From Promethearchaeota archaeon (GTDB taxonomy: Archaea > Asgardarchaeota > Lokiarchaeia > Sigyniarchaeales > SOKP01): 64,000 nucleotides of DNA. Below the pieces are notes generated by a model. It was not told the origin of the DNA and ran no database searches. It worked only from the letters and a program-made list of their open reading frames with translations. Below, piece by piece: positions 40,240-49,906 of this stretch; within the stretch, counting starts at the first letter, position 1; each line of letters begins with the position of its first letter. A program made the position numbers and the translations under genes. The stretch is taken from assembly GCA_048940445.1 (NCBI GenBank), contig JBHLON010000001.1:96001-160000 (forward strand), written 5' to 3'.

Positions 40240-40301
40240 AAAACTTTTTTATTGCTCTTAGTACAATAAATTAAAGAAATATTCTAGACAATAATTTTAA
40301 T

Positions 40302-41057
40302 CTACTTTACTAACTGTTTTAACATGACAAATTCAGCTTTTTTAGATAGAGTTTCCCTTATAAAACTTTTAAATCGATATAAGAACATATCTCCCGTATT
40401 AATCCATCTATCAGGTCTAAAAAGAGCGTTTTTCAAAATATCTGAAAGTTCGATTTGATTAAACAATAATGATCTCATCTCTATTGCCTCCCAAGGGTGC
40501 ACGTATAATACTAATAACTCTTTTTTATATATCCACTTACGTAAAGGAGAATAACTCAAGGGTAATCTAAAAATTATATTTAAATTTGGATGGAATTCTT
40601 GAATTTCTCCATTAATTCCATGAGAATTTTTTAGTATATGGATTGAATTATGATTTATTGAAGAATCATATTTAAATCCCTGATTCTTTAAAATAATAAA
40701 TAAATAATTTGGAACCTTTAAATAAGGAGCTCTAAAACCTATAATTTCTGAACTTTGAGAGACTTTTTCAAGAATCTTTTTGTTTTGAGTTATTATTTCT
40801 TCACATTCTTCAAAATCCAACTTGGTTAGTCTCTCGTGATTTAAACCATGACACGCAATCTCATGTCCTTGACGAATAATTAACTTTATATATTTTGGCA
40901 AACGATTAGCGATATTTCCAGTACAAAAGAAAGTTCCTTTAATATTGAAATCATCTAAAATCTTAAGTATTTTTACCAAACCGAATTCTATCCCAAAAGA
41001 TGTATCCAAAACATTAGGTATATCCCGTTCAATATCAAAAGTTAAAGCAATTTTCAT
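40302..41057 (-). CDS. Polysaccharide deacetylase (NodB/CE4)
   Basis: LTFDIE, GHEIACHGLNH, GFRAPY, YDSS, YVHPWE. Confidence 0.9.
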   Translation of the reverse strand: MKIALTFDIERDIPNVLDTSFGIEFGLVKILKILDDFNIKGTFFCTGNIANRLPKYIKLIIRQGHEIACHGLNHERLTKLDFEECEEIITQNKKILEKVSQSSEIIGFRAPYLKVPNYLFIILKNQGFKYDSSINHNSIHILKNSHGINGEIQEFHPNLNIIFRLPLSYSPLRKWIYKKELLVLYVHPWEAIEMRSLLFNQIELSDILKNALFRPDRWINTGDMFLYRFKSFIRETLSKKAEFVMLKQLVK

Positions 41058-41108
41058 TATTGTAATCTTTTATAGTAATTTTAGCTTAAATTATTCTGTT
41101 TATTTAAA

Positions 41109-41876
41109 TTATTCAATTTTCTTAGCTAAATCATGATAAATGTCTTTATTGGAATAATATTGGTGAACTCGTCTAAGGCTTCGTTTTACAGTTAAATTAC
41201 GACCACTAGTTAATACAGAAATGAACGTCAATGTTTTAATTTTTCCTTTCTTCAATTTACGAATTAAATATATCAGAGAATCCGAAAAAACTTTATCAAT
41301 TCCTAAAGAATATGGTGGTTGTTTAAATCCACCCGATTTAAAGAAAACATCTCTTCTAACAATCATATTAGTTCCAGATAATTCAGGATATCCAAATAAA
41401 CTTTTACAAAAATAGTATAAATGGCTCCCGAGATTTTGAAAAAAGTATTTAGTTATTGTGTATTTTGGGGTTCCGATATTAAATGAAAAGGCAATCCCGT
41501 CATAATATTTTATCCGAGCACTGCAAGCAAAAAGATTTTTATTTTTGTTAAAGATATGATATATTTTTTGTAAAAAGTAGGGGCCTATTAGTGTATCAGC
41601 ATCTAAAAACAACAAGATATCTCCAGATGTTTTCTGTGCAGCATAATTTAACTGATGAGTCTTTCCTTTTTTAGGTGATACAAATACTTTTGCAAAATTT
41701 TTAGCAATTAAAACTGTTTTATCAGTACTTTGTCCATCACTTACGATAATTTCATAAGGAAAATTACAAATTTGTTTTTCAACAGCTAACAAAGTTTCTT
41801 TTATTAATTTTTCCTCATTATAAGCCGGGATCACTACTGATATTTTGGGATTATGCAACTGGTTAATTGCCTTCAT
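41109..41876 (-). CDS. Glycosyltransferase family 2
   Basis: SVVIPAYNEE, DGQSTD, FLDAD. Confidence 0.9.
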   Translation of the reverse strand: MKAINQLHNPKISVVIPAYNEEKLIKETLLAVEKQICNFPYEIIVSDGQSTDKTVLIAKNFAKVFVSPKKGKTHQLNYAAQKTSGDILLFLDADTLIGPYFLQKIYHIFNKNKNLFACSARIKYYDGIAFSFNIGTPKYTITKYFFQNLGSHLYYFCKSLFGYPELSGTNMIVRRDVFFKSGGFKQPPYSLGIDKVFSDSLIYLIRKLKKGKIKTLTFISVLTSGRNLTVKRSLRRVHQYYSNKDIYHDLAKKIE

Positions 41877-41979
41877 TTTATTTTATATAAAGTAGAATGA
41901 TTATTATACTTTAATTCATTCATTTGAGAATATATGATTTTGCAATATTTAATATGAATTTAATTTTAAAATTTGAGTA

Positions 41980-43074
41980 GTGACAAAAATGAAAAAAGCA
42001 TTTATAATACCCTTTCTTTTTCTTATCTTTAGTTCTACACTTCTCATTTTATTCATATTGTCACGTTTGTTTTTCTCAATTCCTTGGATTAACATCCTAT
42101 ATGACTTTATAAGACCTTGGATGGCTCTGATTTTTTACAAATATAATATATATATCTATGGTGGAATTGTAATCTGTTTTGTTGCTTTATTACCTTTATT
42201 TGTTTTAGGATATAATATAGCAAAGTCTAATCAATTACTTGGTTCAATTATATATATTTTTAGTTTATTGGGTTATGTAGTAATTATCTTATTAGCTTCC
42301 TTATTCACATATTTCAGTATTCTATTCAATGAACAACTAACAATCAATACTAGATTAATGCTATTTCTCCTTTTTTTACCAGTAAATTTTACGATAACTC
42401 TAATTCTTTTTTTAGTAAACATCGATTTCTACCTTTTTTTAAAGGATTTGATGAAGGCTAGAAAAGTTTGGAAACATAAAAAACCTGAGTTTGAGGTCGT
42501 CGAGAAAGGTAAAATGACTTATATTAACATTGAAACCGATGAATTTATTTTTACTCCTGTACCAATGTTAATAATCGCAAAACATCTTCAGCAAAAGCGA
42601 TATTCTATTGCTTGGTTTGTAAAGGGAGCATTTAATCATTTATTTTCACTTGTTATTTCATACTTAATTGGGTGGCCGACAGCCAGAAATATGTTATTTC
42701 GCTTCTTAGGAATGAAAATAGGTAAAAATTGCCATATTTCGCAAAAAGCTATACCTGATCCCTTATTACCAGATTTAATTGAATTTGAAGACGGGAGTGG
42801 GTGTGGGATTGGTGTAAAGTTGTTGACTCATAATGCAATGAATATTAAACATGGAAGCTTCAGTTTTGGACCTATCAAAGTCTGTAAAAATGCGAGAATA
42901 GGAGCATATTCTATTATTCTCCCCGGTGTCACAATTGGTGAAGGATCTATTATAGGGGCTCATTCTGTTGTTGCAGAAGATATTCCACCATATAGCATCG
43001 CATTGGGATCTCCAGCGAAGGTTATCAGGGAATTAACAGAAGCCGAAAGAGAGGAAGTAAATAAGAACTATTGA
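41980..43074 (+). CDS. 4-TM domain fused to a hexapeptide (LbH) O-acyltransferase
   Basis: Hydrophobic N-terminal half; GMKIGKN, LLTH, IGAYSIILPGVTIGEGSIIGAHSVV..DIPP...G.PA. Confidence 0.85.
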   Translation: MTKMKKAFIIPFLFLIFSSTLLILFILSRLFFSIPWINILYDFIRPWMALIFYKYNIYIYGGIVICFVALLPLFVLGYNIAKSNQLLGSIIYIFSLLGYVVIILLASLFTYFSILFNEQLTINTRLMLFLLFLPVNFTITLILFLVNIDFYLFLKDLMKARKVWKHKKPEFEVVEKGKMTYINIETDEFIFTPVPMLIIAKHLQQKRYSIAWFVKGAFNHLFSLVISYLIGWPTARNMLFRFLGMKIGKNCHISQKAIPDPLLPDLIEFEDGSGCGIGVKLLTHNAMNIKHGSFSFGPIKVCKNARIGAYSIILPGVTIGEGSIIGAHSVVAEDIPPYSIALGSPAKVIRELTEAEREEVNKNY

Positions 43075-43075
43075 A

Positions 43076-43858
43076 TTATTTCTCAATAAACTTTTCAATT
43101 AATTCATTTATCTCTTTATGATTGTCAACCATGACTCTATGCGTTCCATTATCAATAACAATCATTTCTGAATTCGGGATTAAATCCTTTAAATTATTAA
43201 GCATTGATTTGTCAATAATTTTGTCTTTATTTCCGTAGATTATAAGAGTTGATTGATGAACTATTAAGTTTTTATTATATAAATGATATTTTCTTGTCAT
43301 ATTTTTAAATGTACTTAAAACTATTGATTTGGGTAATTTTAGGGCATTTAAGTACAGTTTTTTAAACTCAGTATTATCATTTGTATTCGAAACTATTTGG
43401 TGAACAATAGATTTTAAAAATTTTTTATAGAGGATTTTAAAAATTAAATTTACCAAAAAGAGTATTATTTTATCTTTATAAGATGACGTGAATGAAGCAC
43501 TTGTACTAATTAAAATTAATTTTTTTACTAAATCCTTATTTTTTATGGCAATATTTAATGCAATCATTCCCCCTAAAGAATGGCCTACTAGTATAACTTC
43601 ATTATATCCTATAATTTTAAGAAATTCTAAAATTTGATTTGAAAAGAACTCTATAGAGTATTTGGTATTTGGTTTACTTGATTTACCAAAACCGGGTAAA
43701 TCTAATATAATAATATGTCTTTTGGAATTAAAATAGCATATTTGATAAATCCATTCATTTGAACTTCCTAACCAACCATGTATAAATAAAATGGGAATAC
43801 CTTGAATAGTATTTTCAGAATAAAAAATTTTTAAATTAGTAATACTAACAAATGGCAT
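43076..43858 (-). CDS. Alpha/beta hydrolase (esterase/thioesterase-like)
   Basis: FIHGW, DLPGFGKS, GHSLGG, G..D..I, GTH catalytic His. Confidence 0.9.
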   Translation of the reverse strand: MPFVSITNLKIFYSENTIQGIPILFIHGWLGSSNEWIYQICYFNSKRHIIILDLPGFGKSSKPNTKYSIEFFSNQILEFLKIIGYNEVILVGHSLGGMIALNIAIKNKDLVKKLILISTSASFTSSYKDKIILFLVNLIFKILYKKFLKSIVHQIVSNTNDNTEFKKLYLNALKLPKSIVLSTFKNMTRKYHLYNKNLIVHQSTLIIYGNKDKIIDKSMLNNLKDLIPNSEMIVIDNGTHRVMVDNHKEINELIEKFIEK

Positions 43859-43871
43859 TATTGTTTAACTT

Positions 43872-44903
43872 TTATTTTAATATATTTTGATAGATAAAAT
43901 TTCTAATAGGATGTTTAACAAAATTAGAAGGATTCCAATAACAAGGTTTAAAACAGTTGCAGTAATCAAATTTAAACGCTTTGACTGTTTTGACTCGTTT
44001 CTTATGATGTAATGTAATAAAATCATTAAATTGAATATTAGTATTTACATCTTCACAGAGCATTACGGAACCATCATTATCTATTGAGTAATATAAATCT
44101 CCAGCATCGCAATTCCAATAGCTTCCTTTTTGATACCATTTATTCATGTAATAATAATAGATATTCGGGGAGAAAATTTGGATACCTAATCTTTTGAGAT
44201 TTTGAATTGTTTTCCTTAATCTCTCCATTTGTTCTTTCTTTAACAATAAATCAGGACAATAATTTCTATATTGATATTCTTCAGAGGGCTTTAATGATGA
44301 GTGAACAGGATCTATTGAAAATCGACAATCTATTTTTGAATTGATAATTTTTATTAGAGGAATAAGCCTTTGTATATTCTTTTTAGTAGGTACAATATGA
44401 ATGCAATAATCAATATTATCAGGATACTTCCTTTTTATGTTATGAAGTAATTCAAATAATTCTGGACGATATCTTTTCGGACTAAAACTTGTTTCTCTTA
44501 AATCATCAATACTAATTCCTAAAAGGAAGTAACCATATGACGCAAATTCTTCAAGTAAAGGTTCAGATAATAAAGTACCATTAGTAACTACATGAGTGAA
44601 TGTATTTAAATTTATACAATATTTCAAAAGTTCCCCTAAGTCTGATCTAAGGGTGGGTTCTCCTCCATATATTGTAATAAACCTGCATCCTTGATTATAA
44701 ATTTGATTTATTATTCTCTTCCATTGATTTAACGATATATCTGCTTTTTGATTTCTTTTTGAAGCAGCACAATAATTACAATCAAGGTTACACTTCCTAG
44801 TAAAAAATAGGCTAACGAATACAGGTCCTTTTATTATTCTAAAAATTCTCTTTAAATAACTGACTCCAACTTTTCTTAAAATGGTGTTTTTTTTATTTGT
44901 CAT
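43872..44903 (-). CDS. Radical SAM protein with SPASM/twitch domain
   Basis: CNLDCNYC, GGEP, VTNG, ISID; C-terminal CDAG...IDNDG.V.LC...C.C..PC. Confidence 0.9.
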   Translation of the reverse strand: MTNKKNTILRKVGVSYLKRIFRIIKGPVFVSLFFTRKCNLDCNYCAASKRNQKADISLNQWKRIINQIYNQGCRFITIYGGEPTLRSDLGELLKYCINLNTFTHVVTNGTLLSEPLLEEFASYGYFLLGISIDDLRETSFSPKRYRPELFELLHNIKRKYPDNIDYCIHIVPTKKNIQRLIPLIKIINSKIDCRFSIDPVHSSLKPSEEYQYRNYCPDLLLKKEQMERLRKTIQNLKRLGIQIFSPNIYYYYMNKWYQKGSYWNCDAGDLYYSIDNDGSVMLCEDVNTNIQFNDFITLHHKKRVKTVKAFKFDYCNCFKPCYWNPSNFVKHPIRNFIYQNILK

Positions 44904-44958
44904 CTTTAAATTTTCTTAATCGAATGATTAAAATAAGTAAATATACTAAAAAATATTA

Positions 44959-45948
44959 ATGACTCAAGTTTTGCAACCAGTGTCCATTGTTGTTCCTATA
45001 AAAAATAGGGGTAATTTTCTTCCCAGTTTAATTAAAAATCTCCAAGATTTAAATTATCCAAAATATGAGATCATTATTGTTGATGATGGATCAACAGATA
45101 ATACAAAAGATTTATTAAAAAAGTCTCAGATCAAATCAATTTTACTAACAAAATCGGTTGGATCTGCGGAAGCAAGAAATCTAGGGATTAGGCAAGCAAA
45201 ATACAAAGTTATCGCTCTTACAGACTCAGATTGTTTTGTATCAAGAAATTGGTTAAGAAACTTAGTTCCATTTTTAAATAAGTATGATATAGTTGGGGGT
45301 AAGGTCTTATTTTGCGATAAATCTGAACGAAAATTAAATCCATTTAGTCAAAATGATGAGGTAATCATACGTAAAGATTCAAATATTAATTTTCTTAATA
45401 CAAGTAATATGTTATTAAAAAAAGATGTTTGGAACTTAGCAGGTGGATTCCTAAGTTATAGAATTGAAGATTTAGAATTTTCCTGGAGATCTATAAAAAA
45501 AGGATTTAAATTAATCTACGTTCCAAAGGGCTTAGTAATTCATTATGGAAAAAGAAATCCTCTTCAAAATATTAAAAAATATTTTCATTATGGGAAAGCT
45601 TATTCAGAAATTGTATCAATCCATAAGATGGAATTTATATTTAAATCAGAGCCTATTTTTAATTCTAAATCAATTAGAGACTATATTCCAATAATAATCT
45701 ATTCAAATGTCGTATTCTTAGTGTTTTTTATAAGTGGTTTTTTCCTTTTTAATAAGATATTTGGATTTTCATTTTTAAACGTTGCATCCTTTCTTTTTGT
45801 TTATTTATTTTTTCGATTCATAATAAAAGTTGATGTAATTTACAAATTATATAAATTTAGTATCACATTTAGCATAATATTATATACTCTAATCTATATG
45901 CTAAAAAATAAGAAAAAAAGAAGACAGTTTAATAAAGCCAATCAATAA
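44959..45948 (+). CDS. Glycosyltransferase family 2 with C-terminal TM segments
   Basis: SIVVP, VDDGSTD, ARN.G, TDSDC, EDLE; hydrophobic C-terminus. Confidence 0.9.
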   Translation: MTQVLQPVSIVVPIKNRGNFLPSLIKNLQDLNYPKYEIIIVDDGSTDNTKDLLKKSQIKSILLTKSVGSAEARNLGIRQAKYKVIALTDSDCFVSRNWLRNLVPFLNKYDIVGGKVLFCDKSERKLNPFSQNDEVIIRKDSNINFLNTSNMLLKKDVWNLAGGFLSYRIEDLEFSWRSIKKGFKLIYVPKGLVIHYGKRNPLQNIKKYFHYGKAYSEIVSIHKMEFIFKSEPIFNSKSIRDYIPIIIYSNVVFLVFFISGFFLFNKIFGFSFLNVASFLFVYLFFRFIIKVDVIYKLYKFSITFSIILYTLIYMLKNKKKRRQFNKANQ

Positions 45949-47239
45949 TAGAGGAACAACTTTTACCTTGTACGTTTTTTAATCGTCCAATGATTCTAAA
46001 AGTGGCACCTTCATACCCACATTCTGGACAATTCTTTTTTGAAATAAGTTCTACAATATCATCGACTAGAACCGCTTGATTAATGCTTCCATTCACACCA
46101 TATGGCGTAATTACTTCTAGAAGGCCCTCCATTCCATCATTAACTGGTTCTAGACTTTCTATATCTCTTACTATAATCCTAGATGTATCTGGACAATGTA
46201 ATATGAAATCTTGATATTTTTCAGACCAATGCCCTCCAAAAAGTGTAGGTCCTTCAGTGAATGCATAAATATCAGCTATATCCTTTGGCTTGATATTAAA
46301 AACCTTTTCATAATTTTGAATAAACCTAAGTTTATCAACAGCATTTAATTTTGCCTCCCCTTTAACTCCATCCCATCCTCCTCCACCACAACCAACGAAG
46401 GACATACCATCAAGATCATAAAAAATATTTTCCTTCAATAATCTATTCTCAAACATATTATTCATTAATAGAGGACTCCCACCAAATAATAATTTGCATA
46501 CTTCAGTATTTTTCCATTGATTTGTTTTCACAATTTTTTTTATTATTTTTAACATTCTGCTTACATCTACGATGAAACCACCTTTCATTGAAAGAGTTGA
46601 CAGAATCGCCCAGATTGTTTTTAAAAATTTGGCTTTTACCATATATTCCTCAAAACCATAGTATTCCCATGGTTTATTCATACACGCCGTAAAGTAGCGT
46701 GTCTTTTTAACATATTCAAACCCTTTAACATTTTTTCTTGCCATCATTGCCATTAAGAAACGTCCAGGTGCAAAGTTAAAGATAACGCTCTTCTTATTTT
46801 CTGTTCTTAAATCTTTCCACCTGAAAAATTCATTAAATACTTTAATTGAATTATATTGGATTTGATCGAAATCTTCTAGTGTACGAGGGACTATAGAAGG
46901 ATCTCCTGAAGTAGAAGAAGAACATGAAAAAAGAACTATATCATCTAGAGGTACTTTTAGCAGGTTTAGAGTTCGGTTCTCACTTTTTTTATATAAATCT
47001 GAAGGGATATAGGGAATATTATCCAGATTATTACTATTTATTTCATCAGGAATGGAAAAGTCGAACTTTTTACACAGATCTTCTCGATAATACCTACAGT
47101 TACTATAAGAGAATTTTATTTGTTCTAAAACATCATTATAAAATGTCTTATCCGAATATTGATGCAATTCTGAATCAAAATATTTTCTCTTCAGTTCTTT
47201 GGGTAAATAATCATGTACTTTATATTTCAAGAAAATCAC
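45929..47239 (-). CDS. LuxE-like acyl-protein synthetase (ANL superfamily)
   Basis: IPYIPSDLYK, SSSTSGDPS, GGGGW, DIYAFTE, D.V....CPECG....FRIIGRL....GKSCS. Confidence 0.8.
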   Translation of the reverse strand: MIFLKYKVHDYLPKELKRKYFDSELHQYSDKTFYNDVLEQIKFSYSNCRYYREDLCKKFDFSIPDEINSNNLDNIPYIPSDLYKKSENRTLNLLKVPLDDIVLFSCSSSTSGDPSIVPRTLEDFDQIQYNSIKVFNEFFRWKDLRTENKKSVIFNFAPGRFLMAMMARKNVKGFEYVKKTRYFTACMNKPWEYYGFEEYMVKAKFLKTIWAILSTLSMKGGFIVDVSRMLKIIKKIVKTNQWKNTEVCKLLFGGSPLLMNNMFENRLLKENIFYDLDGMSFVGCGGGGWDGVKGEAKLNAVDKLRFIQNYEKVFNIKPKDIADIYAFTEGPTLFGGHWSEKYQDFILHCPDTSRIIVRDIESLEPVNDGMEGLLEVITPYGVNGSINQAVLVDDIVELISKKNCPECGYEGATFRIIGRLKNVQGKSCSSIIDWLY

Positions 47240-47247
47240 ATTATATA

Positions 47248-47272
47248 AAAAAACCAGTCTAGTTGGTTTTTT
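47248..47272. promoter_or_regulatory. 9-bp inverted repeat just upstream of the luxE-like gene (terminator/attenuator or operator)
   Basis: AAAAAACCA-GTCTAGT-TGGTTTTTT. Confidence 0.4.
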
Positions 47273-47348
47273 AATTGATTATAATAATTTTAGTCTATTT
47301 TTATATATATTCCCTCTTAACTAAAATAAAAAGAAAAAAGAAAAAGTT

Positions 47349-48701
47349 TTATTTTGTAGATAAAGCTATTATTTCAGCTTCTTGTTTTTCAAATAACATA
47401 GGAGTTTTTTCCCAACTTAATTCCTTTGGAAGTTTAAATTGACGTAAAAACATGTATAAATGAATATAACCACTAATTAGAAAGACTAGCAAAACACTGT
47501 AATGTTTATCGCCATACTTTCTAATAGCATTGAATAGATAGCCAAACATAAAAAGTAGACAAGAAGTACTCCAAATTAGTAAATAATATTCCCCAATTAG
47601 AAAGAAAAGGACCATAAATCCAATGACTATAGGAATCCAAGTATCTATATTCCCTATTAACATCATTGTCATATTTCTCGCGATAATTAAAGATTTGCCA
47701 TTTTTATGCTCGCTTTTCATTGCCATCAACTGAGGCATATCAAAAATAAACCCTGCAAGCCATCTTGTACGTTGTTGAGTTAATATTTCCCATGTACTTG
47801 GTACATATTCGTAAATTTTAGCTTTAGGAGAAAAGAGTATTTTAACTCCGTCTAAGTTTAAAAGTACAGATAAATAAAGATCTTCAGTCATAGAATCTTC
47901 ATTAAAACCTCCATATTTCCTTAAAAATTTAGTTCTAACAGCAAAATTTCTTCCGAATGAATAAGCTGAAGACCCCAACCGATTTTTAATTTCAAAAAGC
48001 AAACCTCCACCCGAAACCATAGCATAATCAAGAAGAATTCCTCGGGTTAAATTATTTTCTTTCCAATTTTTAACTAACACTGGTCCTATAACCGCATTAT
48101 TGTTATCATTTTGAAATGGTGAAATCAAATCTTTTAGGGTATCTGGTTCTAAAATACAGCCTGAGTCATAAAGTAGAACGATATCGTGTTTGACATATTT
48201 TAAACCATAATTCAAAGCTGGAGGTTTACCCTTCTTTGCTAAGCTATCTGATAACACCTCAATATCTATCATATTGTATGTCATAGCAAACTTTTGACAA
48301 AACTCTGTTGTATCGTCTGTAGAACCACTTGTGATTATGATTATTTGGATATTTTCTTTTGGATAATTTGAATTAACAATAGATGTTAATGTTCTTTCCA
48401 GAAGGATTCGCTCACTTTTAGAGGCAATCATTATGCTTATTTTTGGATAATAAGTTGTTTTAGTCTTATAACCACTTCCAAATGAGGCTAAAAAGTGAAT
48501 TCCATAATAAAGAAGCAAGCCCCATATCATTACAAGCCCTATTAAAGGAAATATAAACCACCAATAAGTTAAAGGATCAGTAAAGAAGGCATTAATAGAA
48601 TCTCTTACGCCTGAAGTCCAGAAAGATGGAAAGTATATATGGAAAATAACATATAAAACTACCAAAAAGAACCCATATAATATGATTTTTGACATTTTCA
48701 T
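47349..48701 (-). CDS. Membrane GT2 glycosyltransferase, cellulose-synthase-like (QxxRW)
   Basis: GKPPALN, TED, QQRTRW; N- and C-terminal TMs; DxD motifs altered (TSGSTD, YDSG). Confidence 0.88.
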   Translation of the reverse strand: MKMSKIILYGFFLVVLYVIFHIYFPSFWTSGVRDSINAFFTDPLTYWWFIFPLIGLVMIWGLLLYYGIHFLASFGSGYKTKTTYYPKISIMIASKSERILLERTLTSIVNSNYPKENIQIIIITSGSTDDTTEFCQKFAMTYNMIDIEVLSDSLAKKGKPPALNYGLKYVKHDIVLLYDSGCILEPDTLKDLISPFQNDNNNAVIGPVLVKNWKENNLTRGILLDYAMVSGGGLLFEIKNRLGSSAYSFGRNFAVRTKFLRKYGGFNEDSMTEDLYLSVLLNLDGVKILFSPKAKIYEYVPSTWEILTQQRTRWLAGFIFDMPQLMAMKSEHKNGKSLIIARNMTMMLIGNIDTWIPIVIGFMVLFFLIGEYYLLIWSTSCLLFMFGYLFNAIRKYGDKHYSVLLVFLISGYIHLYMFLRQFKLPKELSWEKTPMLFEKQEAEIIALSTK

Positions 48702-48722
48702 TGAGAATCACGTTTTTATTTT

Positions 48723-49673
48723 TTATTTTAATACTCCATTTTTTTTATCCATTTCCTTTAATCCTTTATAGATGTATCGCCCAAATGGTATTACTGATAT
48801 GACCATAATTATAAATAAACTAATTTGAAAAATAAACATTGTCCATGTAGTTATCCATGTATGAACCGATGCCCATATTGTTGTACTAGAGGGATTGATT
48901 AAATATGTAATCAACATAGTTAGACTTGAGACTCCATACATTGCAAAAAATGTAGCAGTTACCAAAAATCGAGTAATTCTTTCACCTATAAAGGGCTTTG
49001 TTTCCTTCATTCCTAAACCTTCATGTCTCGCTCTCATATATTCATAAATAAAAATAAGGAATATATTTGTCCATACTATCCATCTAAAATTAAGACCATA
49101 AGCATTTATAATCATATAATTGGCGGGAATTAAGCATACAAACATAAGTATATCACAAATTCGATCAATTACATTATCTAACCAAGCACCTCGTTTTGAT
49201 TTAATGTTTAGTAAACGAGCTATAGCCCCATCAATTCCATCAATAATACCCGTAAAAAGTACCAATATTGCCAAAGGAAGAAACCATGCACCATAAAAAG
49301 GTTGTTCAGAGAATAAGTTAACACCAGGTAAAGTCCCGTCCCCAAGCATAACAACACAATAAAAGATTAGGAAGGATAAAATTAAATTCATAAAAGAAAC
49401 TTTATTTGGAGTTAATCCCCACCTTATGAAGATCTTTGCCCCTCTATATGTTATTGGCATATAAATCTTTCCAGAAGGGTCTTTTTTCATTTTGGTAAAA
49501 TAATCTTCTAACTTGTGAGCTGATCCATGATCTCTAATCCAATCTTTAATGAAGTCATCTAAACTCATAAATTCTTGATTTGGTTTCCTATTAGGAATTC
49601 CACTAATTAAAATAATTATAAGTAACAATATCAAAATTAATGGAAATATTACTTCGAAAATAATTTCTGTCAT
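48723..49673 (-). CDS. CDP-alcohol phosphatidyltransferase
   Basis: TPN; DGIDGAIAR......GAWLD...DRICD signature. Confidence 0.92.
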   Translation of the reverse strand: MTEIIFEVIFPLILILLLIIILISGIPNRKPNQEFMSLDDFIKDWIRDHGSAHKLEDYFTKMKKDPSGKIYMPITYRGAKIFIRWGLTPNKVSFMNLILSFLIFYCVVMLGDGTLPGVNLFSEQPFYGAWFLPLAILVLFTGIIDGIDGAIARLLNIKSKRGAWLDNVIDRICDILMFVCLIPANYMIINAYGLNFRWIVWTNIFLIFIYEYMRARHEGLGMKETKPFIGERITRFLVTATFFAMYGVSSLTMLITYLINPSSTTIWASVHTWITTWTMFIFQISLFIIMVISVIPFGRYIYKGLKEMDKKNGVLK

Positions 49674-49906
49674 CTAATACACCTATATTAACTAATTTAT
49701 TTGTTTAAGCAATAAATTTTGATTTGGTAATTAAAGTTAGAGTTTTCAATATATATAAATTTAGTGCAAATCCCTTTTTGTTCTAAAATAATTATTTTAT
49801 CTTATCTATCTTATTTATTAGAATTCTAAATTACTTTAAATATAATACACAGTATTAAATAATCACAGATTCATAAAAAATTAAACAATAGATAAGATGA
49901 TTAAAA

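Noticed and set aside
45929-47239. Bioluminescence (lux) operon
   Set aside because: No luxA, luxB, luxC or luxD-like genes; only a LuxE-like ligase
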